A DNA stretch of 64,000 nucleotides from the human T2T-CHM13v2.0 reference genome, Homo sapiens (GCF_009914755.1 NC_060939.1); one strand, 5' to 3'; shown: positions 16,463-32,790, numbered from the stretch's first letter. Numbers and translations: made by a program. Notes: generated by a model not told the origin, from the letters alone.

Positions 16463-17854
16463 CAGCTGAAGTAACTTTGAGAAAAATTGGAGTTTAGATG
16501 TACACTACCGAGAATTCACTATGGCAATAGAGTAGCTGGACAAAAAGAATACTCAAAGATGAGATAGTTATTCCTTTGATCTATTGATCAACCAGACTAC
16601 AGAGGAAAATGGGAAGGCTAAAAAACAGTACAATGCATGACCACTATCTACTGCTACACATGATAAAGTGTATCTGTATAGCAAATGCCATTAGCAAGTT
16701 TAATACAGAACAAAGAAAGCACCAAGATATCTGAGCTAAGGTTCAGACTCAAAATCAGGTTTCTAGTATCCTAAATCCTAGAGCACTCCCACCAAAATGC
16801 TTAAACTAATAAACTCTAATGTCTTAATGCAAATTGAGAAACAAGCTTTCATTCCCATCCTTTTAAAGAAATGTAGGGCAACAATGAAAACAGCTTGATT
16901 TAAAGATGTTAAATGTGCAGGGGGCAGGGCGGGGAGGAGTCTCTCTCATTTGCTGTTAATATTAAAATCTATGTTTTAGTCATCAAATGTAGTTACTCAG
17001 AAGAGGGAATCAGGCTGGAAAAGATTTTGATAGCAAAAACACTGTTTTTCCAAAATATAAAAATTAACCACAATCAAAATTCCACAATAATTAGCACAGA
17101 ATATTATACATACTTTAGCAGAACTGTTCTAATGAACACAACTCCTAGTTTAAATAGGAGATAAAACAGTACTAAAGAAGGAAGTAAACAATTATCTCCA
17201 CCCAGGAGGAAAAGGAGTATACTACCCACATTCCTTTTCCCTCTTCTTTTGCTTTTCTTAGTTATTAGGTGTTTTATATATTATTTTCTATTGGGAGTAT
17301 AGATGGCTGATGATTTGTGAAATATGGAAGGGTAAAAAAAAGGATCTATAAAGGAGAGCAGCCCTAAAGATCTCTGTGATAGCATGATCTTACAGAAATA
17401 TCTTTGACTTACTTATTAGTCATGTGTTTAGTTTCAATTTGTCTGAAATTGGCTCTGTAAATTCAAAAGTGTCACAAAGTGCTCCAGCTTCATTTTCCGA
17501 ACTGAAGAATACAGAGGTGGATTTCAATGACTGACAAAACCAGATTTTGTGTACTTTCCCATAGTACCACGACCACTATATAATATCTGTACCATCATCA
17601 CTATATAATTAATGTCCTCATATAGAATGACTTTTGTTGTAAGAACATGGGCCAGGAAAATCTCATAGAAAATACTACAGGATTTCTATGGAGGATTTAT
17701 TTTAACTAGATTTTAGAGCACTATTGGTAAAAGCCAATCTTAAAGAAATGCAGATTCCTTGTTACAGAGAATACTTCCTTGTATTTATGGTAAAGGAATT
17801 TTACCTAATTGGTATCTCATTTACTAGGTGCCAAGAGTAACCAGAAAAAACATA

Positions 17855-18220
17855 CAGATGCTTTTCAACTTACAATGGGTTTATCACCTAATAAAATCAT
17901 TATAAGTTGAAAATATCATTAAGTCAAAAATGCATTTAATGCATCTAACCTATTAAAACCATAGCTTAGCCTGGCCTACCTTAAATGTGCTCAGAACACT
18001 TATAATAGCCAACAGTTATGCAAAGTCATCTAATGCAAAGCTTCATTTATAATAAACTGTTGAATATCTCATGAAATTTATTGAACACTGTACTGAAAGT
18101 AAAAAACAGAACTGTTTTACAGGTACTTGAAATATGGTTTCTACTGAATGCACATAACTTTTCCACCACTGTAAAGTCTAAAAATTGTAAGTCAAACCAT
18201 CCTAAGTCAGGGACTGTCAG
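17855..18220. mobile_element. MER47A-like Tigger (TcMar) element
   Basis: TA|cagatgcttttcaacttac ... ctaagtcagggactgtcag|TA; internal 'catagcttagcctggcctaccttaaatgtgctcagaacactta'. Confidence 0.8.
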
Positions 18221-18322
18221 TATCCCTTTAAAAATGGCATTTCCTTCTTTAAACTTTATTTCTAAAAATGTCAAATAAACTCCTGAAAGCCAAAGGTTTA
18301 TTAATTTAAAAACATGTAAAAG

Positions 18323-18916
<594 letters not shown>

Positions 18917-19409
18917 TCAAGTAATAAATCAGACATGGTTATTCCCTAAAAGCACTGACCACAGTGGTGAACATGTTTTGTCACCTATACAATTATATAC
19001 TAGTATTTCAAAACAATTTTAAATGTTGTCATACACAAGGATTATCACCTTTGCCATGTCTCTATATACAGAAATACGTTTATTCACAGGAAGAGCCTTC
19101 TCAAGCTTAGTCCTGCTGCTCACTGTAAGTAGCTTAGAAATGTGAACTTTGACATAATTTACATTTGTGTTATTGGAAAACTGCATGCTGTATATACATG
19201 CCCTTTATGACTCTAACAGAAACAACATAAATATTAAGGAAGAAAAGAATACTAAACACTAGCCATCCTAACCAACAATTTCTGTTATTTTTTTCAACTT
19301 ACTAAAACACAAGTCTGGGTGAATATCTGAGTAACTAGAAAAACACAAAAATAAAACCATGCTAATTTAAACCCAATTTTAGTTTCAATAAATTTAAAGA
19401 TTGAGAGAT

Positions 19410-22125
19410 TATCTGCTTCCTTGCCGTAATGAATTAACAAGACTAACCTTTATCTTCCTCCTTAAAAAACTAGCAAACCAAATAAAGCAAATAAAATAAT
19501 AGTTTTCAATCACTAGACAACAGGCAGCACAGGCCAGGGATTCCTGAGAAAAGGAAAGCAAACAAGGTGAGCTCTAAGATTACCCCAGCTTTCTGCCTGG
19601 AGAGTGTCCAGGCCATAGCACAGGGAGGTGAAACCCAAACAGAGCCCAGTAATCTCACTGAGTTTCAGAGAAAGAATTCAGAATTTGGGGAGTCCAGAGT
19701 GGCTAGAATATGAAGGGAAGAAATACTGGGGAAAAAGAAGCTGCACAGAAAAAGAGCTCTGGAGATCTGTTCTGTATGAGTGGCTAGGGAAAAAAACATA
19801 GGAAATGAATAAGGCTGGGAATATGTTATGTTTCAATGAGCCATAATGCAAAGACTTCCTAATTTAAAGGGCATCAAATAATACCTTAGTAGTGGGGCAA
19901 AATTAGCCCCAGATTAAAGCCTTTTCTAAACCTGATGTAGTAAAGCCTATAAAGAAAGCCTTGAAAGGATCAAACTGATTCCAAGTAACTTGTGTGTCAC
20001 AGAAAAAGTACAACAGTATTTTTAAAAATACAGTAATATCTGGCATCCAAAACAAAATTCAAAATGTCTAGCATTCAATCAAAATTTATCAGGCATAGAA
20101 AGAAGTAGGAAAAAAATATGAACCATACCAGGAGAAAAACCAATCAATAGAAACTAACCCATCAATGACACAGACAATAGAATTAATATATTTCATATGT
20201 TCTAGAAGGTTAAGGAAGATATGAATATGTGGAGGAAAATGGAAGATACAGAAAAGACTCAAATTAAACTTATAGAAAAAATTATAATATCTGAAATGTA
20301 AAATATACTGGATGGGGTTAATAGCATATTTAAAACTGCAGAAGAAAAGATCAGTGAACACATAGATATAGAAATAAAACTATATAATTAAAAACAAAGA
20401 TAAAAAAGACTAAAACAGAAATACACAGAACATATTACATTTTCCAACATGTGTAACTGAACTCCCAGAAGAGGAGAGGGATGGAAAACATATTTGAAAA
20501 AATAATGGCCAAATTTTTCCTAATTTGATGAAAATGAAAACCCCACAAAACCCAGAAGTTTGGTGAATCTCAAGCAGAATAAACACAAAGAAAACCAGCA
20601 TACATCACACCAATGTCAGATTGCTGAAACCCAGTGATAAAAAGAGAGTGTAGGAAGACTCCCGGAGAGAAAAGAACCAGAGAAAGGAATCCTGAATTCT
20701 GTGTATAAATTTGTACAAGCCTCAGTCTAAGCCCTGAACTATGCATGTACAGGGCAACCCTCAAACCAGCATATCAAAGATTTTAAAAACTTAACTGAAA
20801 TTTAAACCACACATTCAAGTCTCACAATGACTAAACCCGAAGGGATGCATACACAGGTTGGATTCAAAGCAATGTGGCAAAGGCTTGGAGAACCAAACAG
20901 ATTTAAAACACTCATACAAATTCACAATGTCTAGTATATAATCTAAAATTACTTGACATGCAACTAACCAGAAAAATGTGGCCAAATCTTAAAAGACAAT
21001 CAACAAATGATCCAAATGCTGGAACTGTCACTAAAAGAGTTTTATAAGTTTAAAGTAGCTATTATATCTCTGCTTTATGAAGTAAAGAAAAAGATACTTG
21101 AAGTGAATGAAAAAAAACAGGAATTCTTAACAGAGAAAGAAAAGTGATACAAGAACAAAATAGAAATGTTATTAAGTAAACAAAAGTTAAAATAAAAACA
21201 CACAAAACCTTCACTAGATAGGCTCAATAGAGTATAGAGGACAAGAAAAAAAGGAGTGAACTTGAAAATAGTCCAGTAGCAATTATGCAAAATAAAAAGG
21301 GAAAAACTATAGAAAAAAATGAACAGAGCCTCAAGAAACTGTAGTATAATATCAAAAAATCTAACATACATGTAACTGGAGACCCAAAAGGAGAGAACAA
21401 AGACACAGAGACAGAAAAGGTATTTAAGGAAATTAATGGCTGACATTTTCACAAATTTGGTAAAAGACATAATAAATTTATATATTCAAGAAGCTCAGAG
21501 AACCCAAAATGAGATAAACTAAAGAAAAACACACTTAAACATATCATAATCAAAGTACCAAAAACTAAATATAAAGAAAAAAATTCTTAAAGCAGCAAAA
21601 GAAAAACCTATACATTACTGACAGAAACACTAATTCAAATAACAATGAATTTCTTCACAGAAACCATTGAGTCCAGAGAGAGTGGACCAACATAGCTTTA
21701 ATGTGCTGAAATAGAAGAACAATTGGTCAGGAATTGTATAATAAACAAATATAAGGATATTTTCATAAAAGGAAACAGACTCTGTCAGCAGCAGACATGC
21801 TTGAGAAGAAATGGTAAAGAAAATTCACAGAAGATCATATTATACGATTCTATTTATATGAAATGCACAGAGCTGTCAAATCCATAGAGACAGGAAGTAG
21901 ATTAGTAGATTAGTTGTCTGGAGCTGTGGAGGCAGGAAGAGGTAATGGGAATGACTGGTAATAGGCATGGAGTTTCTTTGGGGGGATGTTGAAATGCTGT
22001 AAAATTAGGTGTGGTGATGACTGCACAGTTCTGTGAATATACGGAAAACCACTGAGCTGTATTCTTTAAGTGGGTGTCTTTTATGGTATGTGAAATAATA
22101 TCTCAATAAAACAGTAAAAAAAAAA
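19410..22125 (+). mobile_element. Old L1M segment(s): 5'UTR/ORF1-like region followed by an L1MB-type 3' end
   Basis: A-rich decayed ORF1 motifs ('attcaagaagctcagagaaccc', 'aaattcttaaagcagcaaaagaaaaa') and 3' UTR 'gtggtgatgactgcacagttctgtgaatatac' plus poly-A; boundaries approximate. Confidence 0.75.
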
Positions 22126-23109
22126 GAAAAGAAAACCCAAACACCTAACGTATGAGTTTCCTTCATATGAAGGCAAATCTAATAATCTGTAGTGCTTAGG
22201 TGTGAATAACTGGGTATTAAAAAGCTAAGGGAAAAAAAAAACAGAAAATGATTGCCCTAATAGATAAGATAGTAGTTAGCCTCAAGGTTACAATAAGAAA
22301 GAATATGGGCAGCTCGTGGCAATATTTACTTCTTGACCTGGGTGGTGGTCCTACGAATATTCACTTTCAAATAATTCATTAAGCTATATATTTATGTTCC
22401 ATGTTTTTTATATGGTATATTTCATAATTTGAAAGATTTAAAAAGCAAAATAAAACTATAGAAAGTACTAGAGAAATACCTTATTTTTAAATATCAAGAA
22501 ACCATAAATGAAAACAGTGACAGATCTAACTATATAAAAATTATAAACAGGAAAAGTGATAACTCTCAATACTGGCTAGGTTACCAAGAAATAGGGACAG
22601 CCTCAGGACGTGGGTAATAATGTAAACTTTAGGGCTGTTTAGTAATATGCATCAAAGCCCTCAAATAAGTGCACACCCTCTAGCAAGACAATTATTCTAC
22701 TTCTTTAGGAAGTAATCAAAGATGTGAATAAAGACTTGACTACAAGGATGCTTATAACAATGATATTGCATTATTTATAAGTAAAACTTTTAAACAGCGA
22801 TTTAGTAGCTAAACTGGTTCATTCATCTACATAGTCACTAAAAGTAATCTATAAAAATATTCACTAATATTCAAAGATTTCAGAATATACTAGTAAAATG
22901 ACATTATAAAGAAATATTATCAATATTATTTTATCTTTTAGAAACATACAAAACAGGTGATGTGGAAGTTTTATACTGAAATATAAAAGTGGTTTTCTTC
23001 ATGGGAAGTAAGGTGAGATTATTGGTGACTTCTATTTTCTTCTTTTTTAGTCTGTATTTTCTAATTTTTTCATAATGGAGGATTAAGTTACTTTTGAAAA
23101 GAAATAAAC

Positions 23110-23560
23110 AGTTGACAGTATCTGCCCTTAAGATGAGGTGATGAAAGTCTCTGTGGTCTTTCTCCACAAAACCCATGAGAAAAACGTAATCATAAGAAAA
23201 ACGTCATATTCCAATAGACAAGCTTCCTACAAAATACTTGGCCAGTATTCCTTACGACTGTCAAGGTCATCAAAAACAAGTAAAGTCAAGAGAAATCTAA
23301 GGAAACATGACCCCTAAATGTAATGGGGTAGCCTGGTTGGGATCCCAGAACAGAAAAAGTATGTTAAATAAAAACCAAGGGCATGTAAATAAACCCTGGA
23401 TGTTAATTAATAATAATATACCAATATTGGCTCATTAATTGTAACAAATGTACCATACTAACATAAGGTATTAGTAGGGAAAAATGGGTGCAGCATATCG
23501 TATATAGGAACTCTGCGTAATACAAATTTTTCTGTAAATTAAAAACTGTTCCAAAAATAT
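23110..23560 (+). mobile_element. L1MC-type 3' fragment
   Basis: 'ggctcattaattgtaacaaatgtaccatactaacataag...tataggaactctg'. Confidence 0.65.
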
Positions 23561-23656
23561 ATTTTTAAAAAACCTTTATTAGAAACAAAAATACTACCTG
23601 AGTTAAAATGTTTACTGTTCTTCAGTTTTAGATGATTCCAAATAAAATCTTAGAAT

Positions 23657-23658
<2 letters not shown>

Positions 23659-23687
<29 letters not shown>

Positions 23688-23695
23688 CTGTGTGT
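23659..23695. repeat. (TG)n microsatellite
   Basis: Direct reading. Confidence 0.95.
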
Positions 23696-24751
23696 ATGGG
23701 TGTGCGAGACAGAGAAAATGAACAAACTATTAGGTAGGCTTTTTAATGTTATAAAAGGAGCTTTTGCAATACAAAATGCAAATTTGTATATGTAATATAT
23801 ATATATATTTTGTAAGTAGTCTGTCTATATACATAGATCTCATTTAAACCACTTCTATTTCCATTGAAGTAGAAAATATAAATTACAAGAAATATAAAAT
23901 ATTTTACAATATAACTTCCTGTGCCATAAGACATGGTGAACTAACCTTAAGCAGAATGATTATTTTGCTCGGTTAACAAATTATGCATCCCCAATTTCTT
24001 TTCTTACTGAATGCTGACCACTGAAATAGCACATCCTGTACTCCTAGAGGGAGCCAAGTCAGAGAGAGAAAGTGCTTGCTAAAATAATTTTCTCTTCTTT
24101 CCTCAAAGGGGAAAAAAATCAGTGGTAGTGACCAATCCTGAAAAAGGCTCACTACTGAGTCCCATGGAAGTCAGTTCTCCTAAATCCAAATAAACTGTAG
24201 TCCCTTATGAAGCCTGCTGAGAAGACCAAAGGGAAAAGGCATTCCACTTGTTAAATGTTTATTATTTGAGCTTAGCAGCCAACTATAATAAGGGAGAGAG
24301 GAAGCTGTCTGCAAGCTGCATGCAGATTTAGCTACTCAAATTCCATGAATGTAAAATAGAACATTGAGGCTAAACCCTTAAAATTTACTAGGCAGTAGCT
24401 TGAGGGAGGAGGTAGTTGGTAATAAAAGCTTGTAGCCACCAATATTTGAGTCAGTGATTTGAAAGCAGCCCAAGTCAACAAAGAACTAAAATTCCCAACA
24501 CATGAAAATTATTGCTTCCCCTTATTCTAGGAATCACAGTAGACCAGGGGAAAGAGACAAATATCTTCTCTCCTTTATCTCCTTTGAATTTGATCTGAGT
24601 ATAATAGCTTTTAGTTTTCCACGAAGCCAAAATATCATCTAATAAACTGCTGGTGGGTGGGATGACTACAAGCAAAACGTTTCTTCGCTTATCTTGTGCT
24701 TCACTGGATGTCTTTTTGCCGAGCCTCAGTGACTAATCACACTGTGCTTTA

Positions 24752-25354
<603 letters not shown>

Positions 25355-25689
25355 CTACATCTTTAATCCTCAAAAATAAAAGACATGAAGAAAGGAGTTT
25401 AAGGCAAAAAGGTTTAACTGACATGTAAATATGAACAGACAGACAACCGAGCCTTTCTCAGGAGTCTGGGTTCAAGTACTGGTTCTGCTACTAATTGTCT
25501 GCCTTACTAAGCAAAGGAGTTCACTCTGGTTTTTCCAACTCTCACATGTTGATATTGGATTTGATATTTTTCACAAGGTTGAGAATCAAGAACATTTACA
25601 AAGTATGTGTTGAATTAATACAAAATTCATGTGACTTAATATAAAATCTGATCAGTGATATGTTTTAATCAACCATCTACTGTATAACA

Positions 25690-25925
25690 ATAGTAACAGC
25701 CATCATTTATCAAATGATGCCTAATATATGTTAGAACGTGTTACATAAGGCCTTTTATATTCATTATTTTATTCCTCAGTTTAACCTCCAAGGGATTTTA
25801 AGCTTGATAAGAAAACAGGCTCAGAAAAGCTAAGAAATTTGCCCAAGCTCACAAAGCTGGTAATAAAATGGCAAAACTATTATTCAAAACAATCTGGATC
25901 TAAAGCCCACGCTCTTCCCAGTAGC
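25690..25925 (-). mobile_element. MIR SINE
   Basis: 'gataagaaaacaggctcagaaaagctaagaaatttgcccaagctcaca'. Confidence 0.65.
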
Positions 25926-27312
25926 CCCTTAGAATTAATCTGGCATTAGCAGGAAATGAGGCATTCACAGCAGTGAATTTTCCAGGTGACTATATTAACA
26001 TTTTATGTAAATCTGTCTAAAAAAGATATAATGCACTTCGTTTTTTGCTTTAATTTACTAACCAAACTGGAAGCCTTTCTTTGACAACTTGGGATCATAA
26101 CTGTGGACATTTTGATGTGGATCAAACACACGTAAATGTGTAGAGCTATTTGCTGTGATACTCAGCAACTCTAGCCTGTTGGGTTTCCATAGTTTTCTCC
26201 TTGCTAAGGCTGAGCTGCTGGCCGAAGGATGGATACTGTCTTTCCCAACCCTTGCCCTAGCCCTCTGCAGTTGGTTAGGAAATGAGACAATTCATGGAGT
26301 ACAAATAAATCTAAGTCAATATGGTCCTGGGATAAGAACTTGAAGGTGGCTCCTACTAAATACATCATATAATCCAGTTCTGATATTTTCTTCTTTGCTT
26401 CCTTCTGGATAGCAGTGCTGTGATTTGTAGGGATGAGAGTCCCTGAAGACAGACCTCTAGATAAATGGAGCCTTACTAAACTAGAATAATACCATCTACT
26501 TTCACAGTATCACCTGATCACTTTATATTTCTACTTACTGAATCTCATCTTACTGTTCTTAAAATGAGATCACAGTCTCAAAATATGTAACTTCTAAAAC
26601 CTATCGTAGAGCAAACTTTTCAGGACATTTATATATTTGTATTTAGTTGTGTAATACCTGAAATACAACATGTATTAAACACTCTCTGGAAACTACAATT
26701 CAACAATGATGACGAACTCCATCTTAAACTATAAACAAAAGGGTGGTGGTAAGGGCCAAACGCATCCAAAAATCTTTTCTTAACCTAAATACAATCTTTT
26801 CCAAACACCGTATCTCTCTCTTCCCTATCCAAAACCAGTACAGGAAATGTGTAAATCCCACCTCTATACATCAAACATAACATTGAATGCATAGCACTTA
26901 GTTGTTTCCAACAATGTTTCTTTCTCCCTGACCAGAAAACACGTAAGCTCCCTGTGGGAAGGACAGTTCCTATCTCATCTTTTGTACTCTATTCCCAGAG
27001 CCTTGTATAGCACCTTCCACGCAGCAAGTGCTTCTGAAGTCCTTTAAGTGTTTAATTCTCCTTCTACAACCACCACTACTCCCTCCCTAGTCAGTCTCTA
27101 GCAGGAGTGATAAAATACTTCCTACTATGAGATTGCTAAAATATCTGTATTAAGCAGTAATATAAAAGACAGAATCTCTACTTTAAAAGTAAGGTCATAG
27201 TAAGGTTTCTAGGAAAAATTAATGTATATTTTTTATACTATCACTGATAAATGCAAGGTATCTGCATTCAATACACAGTGTTAACATATGAAAATAATAC
27301 GCTCTCACCTTA

Positions 27313-27549
<237 letters not shown>

Positions 27550-28328
27550 CTACAACACAAAATTATTAAAAATAATTTTCACTATTTTCCTATATGAAGT
27601 AATCAGTCATTCTGTTTCAAAATTTGTTTTAATGATCAACAGGAGGCAAAAAAACTTCTTCAAATATATTATTAGTACACATTATACTTTATAAAGGTCG
27701 GCATATATCAGGTTTTCAAGTAAAGCCTAAATGAATAAATGAATGAGAAAACAAACATAAGGATTTCCTCTCACATCTCTGTCTCTTAGATTTTGTCCTC
27801 CATGGAAAGTGGTGTGTTCCTTGGGCTTAAATGCTGATGGCGGCGCTTTCTGGCTTACTAGAGTACAGGACAAAGTACGCTGGTTTGCCAAGAACAGGTT
27901 GTACTTTAGCCTGCCGGTGGTGAAAAGGTGGAGGTAATAATGGAACTCTTCTCCCATATTTTCCTCCCCCTCCAGTGGAAAATGTAAATAGCACTGGAGG
28001 AGGATATGACAGAATTGCAGCAAAATTCAACATTCCCCACCCCCATAGATGAACTGATCTCTGGGATACACCCAAAGATGAAAGGACATGCCACTTGAAG
28101 GAGGTGGCAGGCAAGCTGGCAGGAAGTGCAGGGCCTTGGCTCTGCAATTAGACAGACCTGAGTTTGACTTGCCAACTGTGTGAAGGAGATGGTGAACAAC
28201 TCCCATGGGCTGGTTTGAAGGTGGTCCAACCACCTCTATTATACAGAGAAACCCAAGATTCAAAAAGGTGATGTAACTACTGCCTAATTCAGATACCCAT
28301 AGAGCCTCTTCCAAGTGGCAACACTCAC

Positions 28329-28420
28329 TTGCAAAGCCTTGTTCATGTTTGCACTCATAGCATGTGCCTTCTGTGCTTGCTGCAGCTGGAACTGTAGCTG
28401 AGCCACCTCTTGTACTGACC
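28329..28420 (-). CDS. CEP152: CEP152 exon 11 (92 nt)
   Basis: tgcag|GGTCAG...TTGCAA|gtgagt; [31 protein letters not shown]. Confidence 0.96.
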
Positions 28421-29939
28421 CTGCAGAGGAAAGAACCATAGGATATACTGAAAAAATTAAGGGGACAAAGTGCTTATGATCTACAGAAGACTTGAATCCA
28501 CTGAGGCTACAGAAAGTAAAGTTCTGCTTTACTACTACTGTCTCTTTAGAATACATAGAGCCCATGGGACCCAGAAGGCATAGGTCTGGGCCAGACATTT
28601 CCCAGATTTAGTATGGCATCCCATATGACCTTGGGCAGTTAAAGGCATGGGCTACTATGACCTTTTTATGAATCAAATCAGTCACATTTACAGACCTTAA
28701 CATTCCGGAAGTCCTTTAATAGGAGCGTAACACTCCAACTCATGGTAAGTCAAAGAAAAAATTCTTTGGAACCCATTTCTACCCTGCAATAAGAAAACTA
28801 TACCGTGCTGCCTTTAACTTCTTTGTAGATGCTTTTCTATCCAGCATCCCCACCTCCACATGTAAATGAAGTGTATTAGGGTTATAATTCTGAAACTTTA
28901 GAAACCTAATATTTTAAATGTACTGGGCAAGGTGGTGGGGGGACTGTTCCCAATTTAAAAGGGACATTATTAGGTTTCAAAAGAAAATGACCATCTGGGA
29001 AATGATTAAGTGAAGCAATGATGGCATAAAGAAAATAATATTTTCAAAGCATTTAACAGCCAGGAAAAAGGCTCACCAAGTAATGCCAAATGAAAACAAA
29101 GGCTATAAAACTAAACAGGGAGGGGCCCTTAATAAAGCATAATCCAAATTTTGCCCCCTATCAAGACATATATACACATACATTTAGGCAGTCTTTGACT
29201 TTAGTATTTTCAGCTTTTGAATAGCCCACCCTTTCACATATTGTACCAACAGTCTAAATTACCTTTCATATGCCAAAGTGTGACTTTCATATATCAGTTA
29301 ATGAATAACTGTTGACCTGTTTTCACAATGTGAGCTACTTACCAGCAAACAGGGAAGTTTTGTCTATATAGCGGTGTTTGTACAAACGTGATCATTTTAT
29401 TGTTCTTTGCTCTAATATCATTTTATAAAAATTAATAAGAAATAAAACAACTGCTGAAACTAAAATGATAGGAAGCATATGTCTCAAACTTAATACTATA
29501 AAGACCATATTAGAAATCTGAAGCATGACAAAAATGTAACTCTCTGGCCTCAACTGACTAGGTAAGTCACTATTCCATTATGAGGGGAAAAATATGAAAG
29601 AAGTTATACAAAGGATAGAACTATATGATCAAATATTGGGCCTAAAAAAGCAAAATATAATGGGATTTTATAATCACTTTTAGTTTTCAGGGATAGAAAT
29701 TACCCTATAATGTATTTTATTGTTCAATTTTTGCATGTTCAGCTTTAGTATGTTTTCAGAAATGCATTACATAAAGAAGCAGGACATTGTCTATGTGTGT
29801 ACATTCATTTCATTTGAAGGAAATACATTCAAATGCTAACAATAATTATCTCAGTAGTAGAATTACGGTTATTTTTATTTGGTACTTTATACTGGTCTCC
29901 AGCTTCCAAATTATTTAATAAAAACAAACTAAACCTTTA

Positions 29940-29965
29940 TATATTTTTTTATATATGTGTGTATG

Positions 29966-29996
<31 letters not shown>

Positions 29997-30025
29997 GCCT
30001 TCTGTATATATATAAAAATATATAT
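29940..30025. repeat. (TA)n/(TG)n low-complexity repeat
   Basis: Direct reading. Confidence 0.9.
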
Positions 30026-30037
30026 TTCTTTTTTTTA

Positions 30038-30310
<273 letters not shown>

Positions 30311-32060
30311 CTAAATAGAAAAAAAGTTCAGGAAGTCATTTTCATAAAGAGTTTTAATAAAGAGTAAACTAAAAATTATGATACATAATTAGATTTGATG
30401 TCAAACACAAGATCATCACATGGGAGCATCACCTCTTTTACAAGGTAAAGTGCACAGAACTGGGAGTCAAGAGCTTGGGTGAAGCTTCAACTCTTCAGTC
30501 TGTTTCTTCTTTTGTAATTATGCTAATAAAGGTTGAATTAGGTGCCTTCTAAAGTCTCCTTCAACTCTATATTCACAAGACAATGAGTTATTCAAAAATT
30601 AGATTTTATTCAAGCCAAAGAAAATGTATTACATTCCTATGCGTATTTTATATTGTCAGTATAAGTGTATGTATATATATTTAGGCAGACTACTTTGAAT
30701 CATGCTATTTGTATCCCAAAACAGTAAGGATATAGATAAACACATGAAAACTCACTGTATTCTAAGCAGCCAAAAGTTCATTCCATTAAGAGCAGCCAAA
30801 AAATAATCTTTCCCTCCTCTGAAATTCTTTTAAACTTGATCTGTTTCTTTCTTATCTTTCTCCACCTTTTAGATGTCTTATTTCTCTTAATAGCCCCCTT
30901 GAAGGTGCTTCTGCAGTGCCTTAGACATATCAAGTGCTGTAAGAAACACTTGAAAAATAAATGACAAAGAAAAATAGGGTAAATGTGTATGTGCATGTGT
31001 GTAACTATATGGGATTACATAAAATATAGAGTGTGTATGCAATATACTCAAGTTTCTTCCAAAAGAAAATATGTTTGGGTGTAATAAACCACGGGAGTCC
31101 TGAGTCCAGGTAGAACAAACACACTGTCGAAATCATCACCTTTCTTTCAAAAAAGGCTACACAGGCTGAATTCCAGGCAAATGGCAGAGCATGGGAGAGG
31201 CAGAGGAATGAGTTAAGTTGATTAACTGAAATTACCCAAGAAAACCTAAAGAAAATAAGAAATAAGAAGAATACTGAGAAAGGGCTTTGAAGTAGAGAAA
31301 AGGCCTTAGGCTTTTGCTGCCTGATCTGTAGTATAACCTAAAGCCCAATAATACCTTAAGGATACTAACACAAGGTACATCCCATAAGAGCACCAATACA
31401 TAACTACCTTGAAGCAAAGAGACTCTGAAGTCTCCCATTTTAGCTTAAAAATCCATGTGAATTTTGTATTCTATTTCATAATGAAGCTGTGTTTGCTTTA
31501 AATTTTTTCTACTAAATTTTTGAGCAAAATGAAGCTTCTGGAAACTAGTCCATGTTTATTCAGCACTGCAAACCTCCTGGCACACTGCTGCGAATTCCAG
31601 GCCAGCTTGAGAAACCTGGTTCTAAAGCGCCAAAGTAACGTGGCAAAAACAATGAATGAGCTCATATTAATGACAGCATGACAGTAATGACAGCAAGAAG
31701 GGGTGGGGAGACAGCTAATATTTATATTCTGGGGAGGTCACAATAGTGTTAACAAGGGACTGGGAACTAGCAAACAAAGTTAAAGAAAAGGTAGGTATAA
31801 AAAAATTGTAAAGAAAAGGCAGACTCTGCCAATAATTTGATTTTATGTAAAAATCAATTAAACTATGGTGTATCCTATTGACAAGTTCAGGAAAACAGAT
31901 CATACTCATAAAACTTTAAAGTTTAAAGTTTTAATACCAAAAATCAAAAAAGATTGAGTAGCTCAATGTTTGCCATGATTAGCTTGAGTAGTTCAAGTCT
32001 GATATGGGCAGACATTTTTCAAGACTGAGACAAGTGTAATGATAAAGAGATGACGGCTGA

Positions 32061-32130
32061 ACTCCAGCCTGGGCAACAGGGCGAGACTCCATCTCAAAAA
32101 AAAAAAAAAAGAGAGAGAGAGAGAGAGAGA
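32061..32130 (+). mobile_element. Severely 5'-truncated Alu with A tail decayed to (GA)n
   Basis: 'actccagcctgggcaacagggcgagactccatctc'+A-run+(GA)n, flanked by agagatgac(g/a)gctga direct repeats. Confidence 0.8.
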
Positions 32131-32705
32131 TGATAGAGATGACAGCTGAATCTGTGGGAGGGAAAAAGAACTGGACAGGGTTCTAGCACACAGGAAAATG
32201 AGGACTGGACCACACACAGAGAAGTCTGTGGGAGTCTCTAAGCCAACAGAAAGTGTTCAAAGTGGAGCCTTTAAATATAACATTAAAGAAAAGGTAAAAG
32301 GTTATGACATAGAAACCAAAGTCCATGACTTCACCAAAAGCTGAAGTTTTCAAGGAGACAGAAGGAAAAAAGTAATATACCAACAAGGAGATAATCAGAG
32401 ATCTTAACATGACACTTCCATGAATGGGAGGAGGTAAAAGTCAGTTTGGTGGAGAGAGTCCAGGCGATAGTTTACTAGGAGAGAATTATGACATTGGAGG
32501 AACACTATGAGCTCCAAGAAGCCCATTTCTTTCACCTTTTCTGTCTCACTAAACAAATTCAAGGGAAAATCAGCCAAAAAAAAAAGAACTATTATAATAT
32601 GTTGTGAGTGCATACAATCTTTTCTACCCAGAAAAGCTGCTGTCTTAAGAAAAACACTAATAATTTTACAATCCATAAATTTCTCAAAATATACTAATTA
32701 CAGAC

Positions 32706-32790
32706 ATTTTGTTTTTAATTTTAGATTCAGGGGATATGTGTATAGGTGTGTTACATGGATATGTGGCATGATGCCGAGGTCTGGGCTTCT
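32706..32790 (-). mobile_element. Short L1P 3' end
   Basis: 'ttttagattcaggggatatgtgtataggtgtgttacatgg...gaggtctgggcttct'. Confidence 0.6.

Noticed and set aside
20089-21470. Phe/Leu-rich minus-strand ORFs that resemble membrane proteins
   Set aside because: Antisense reading of A-rich decayed L1 sequence.
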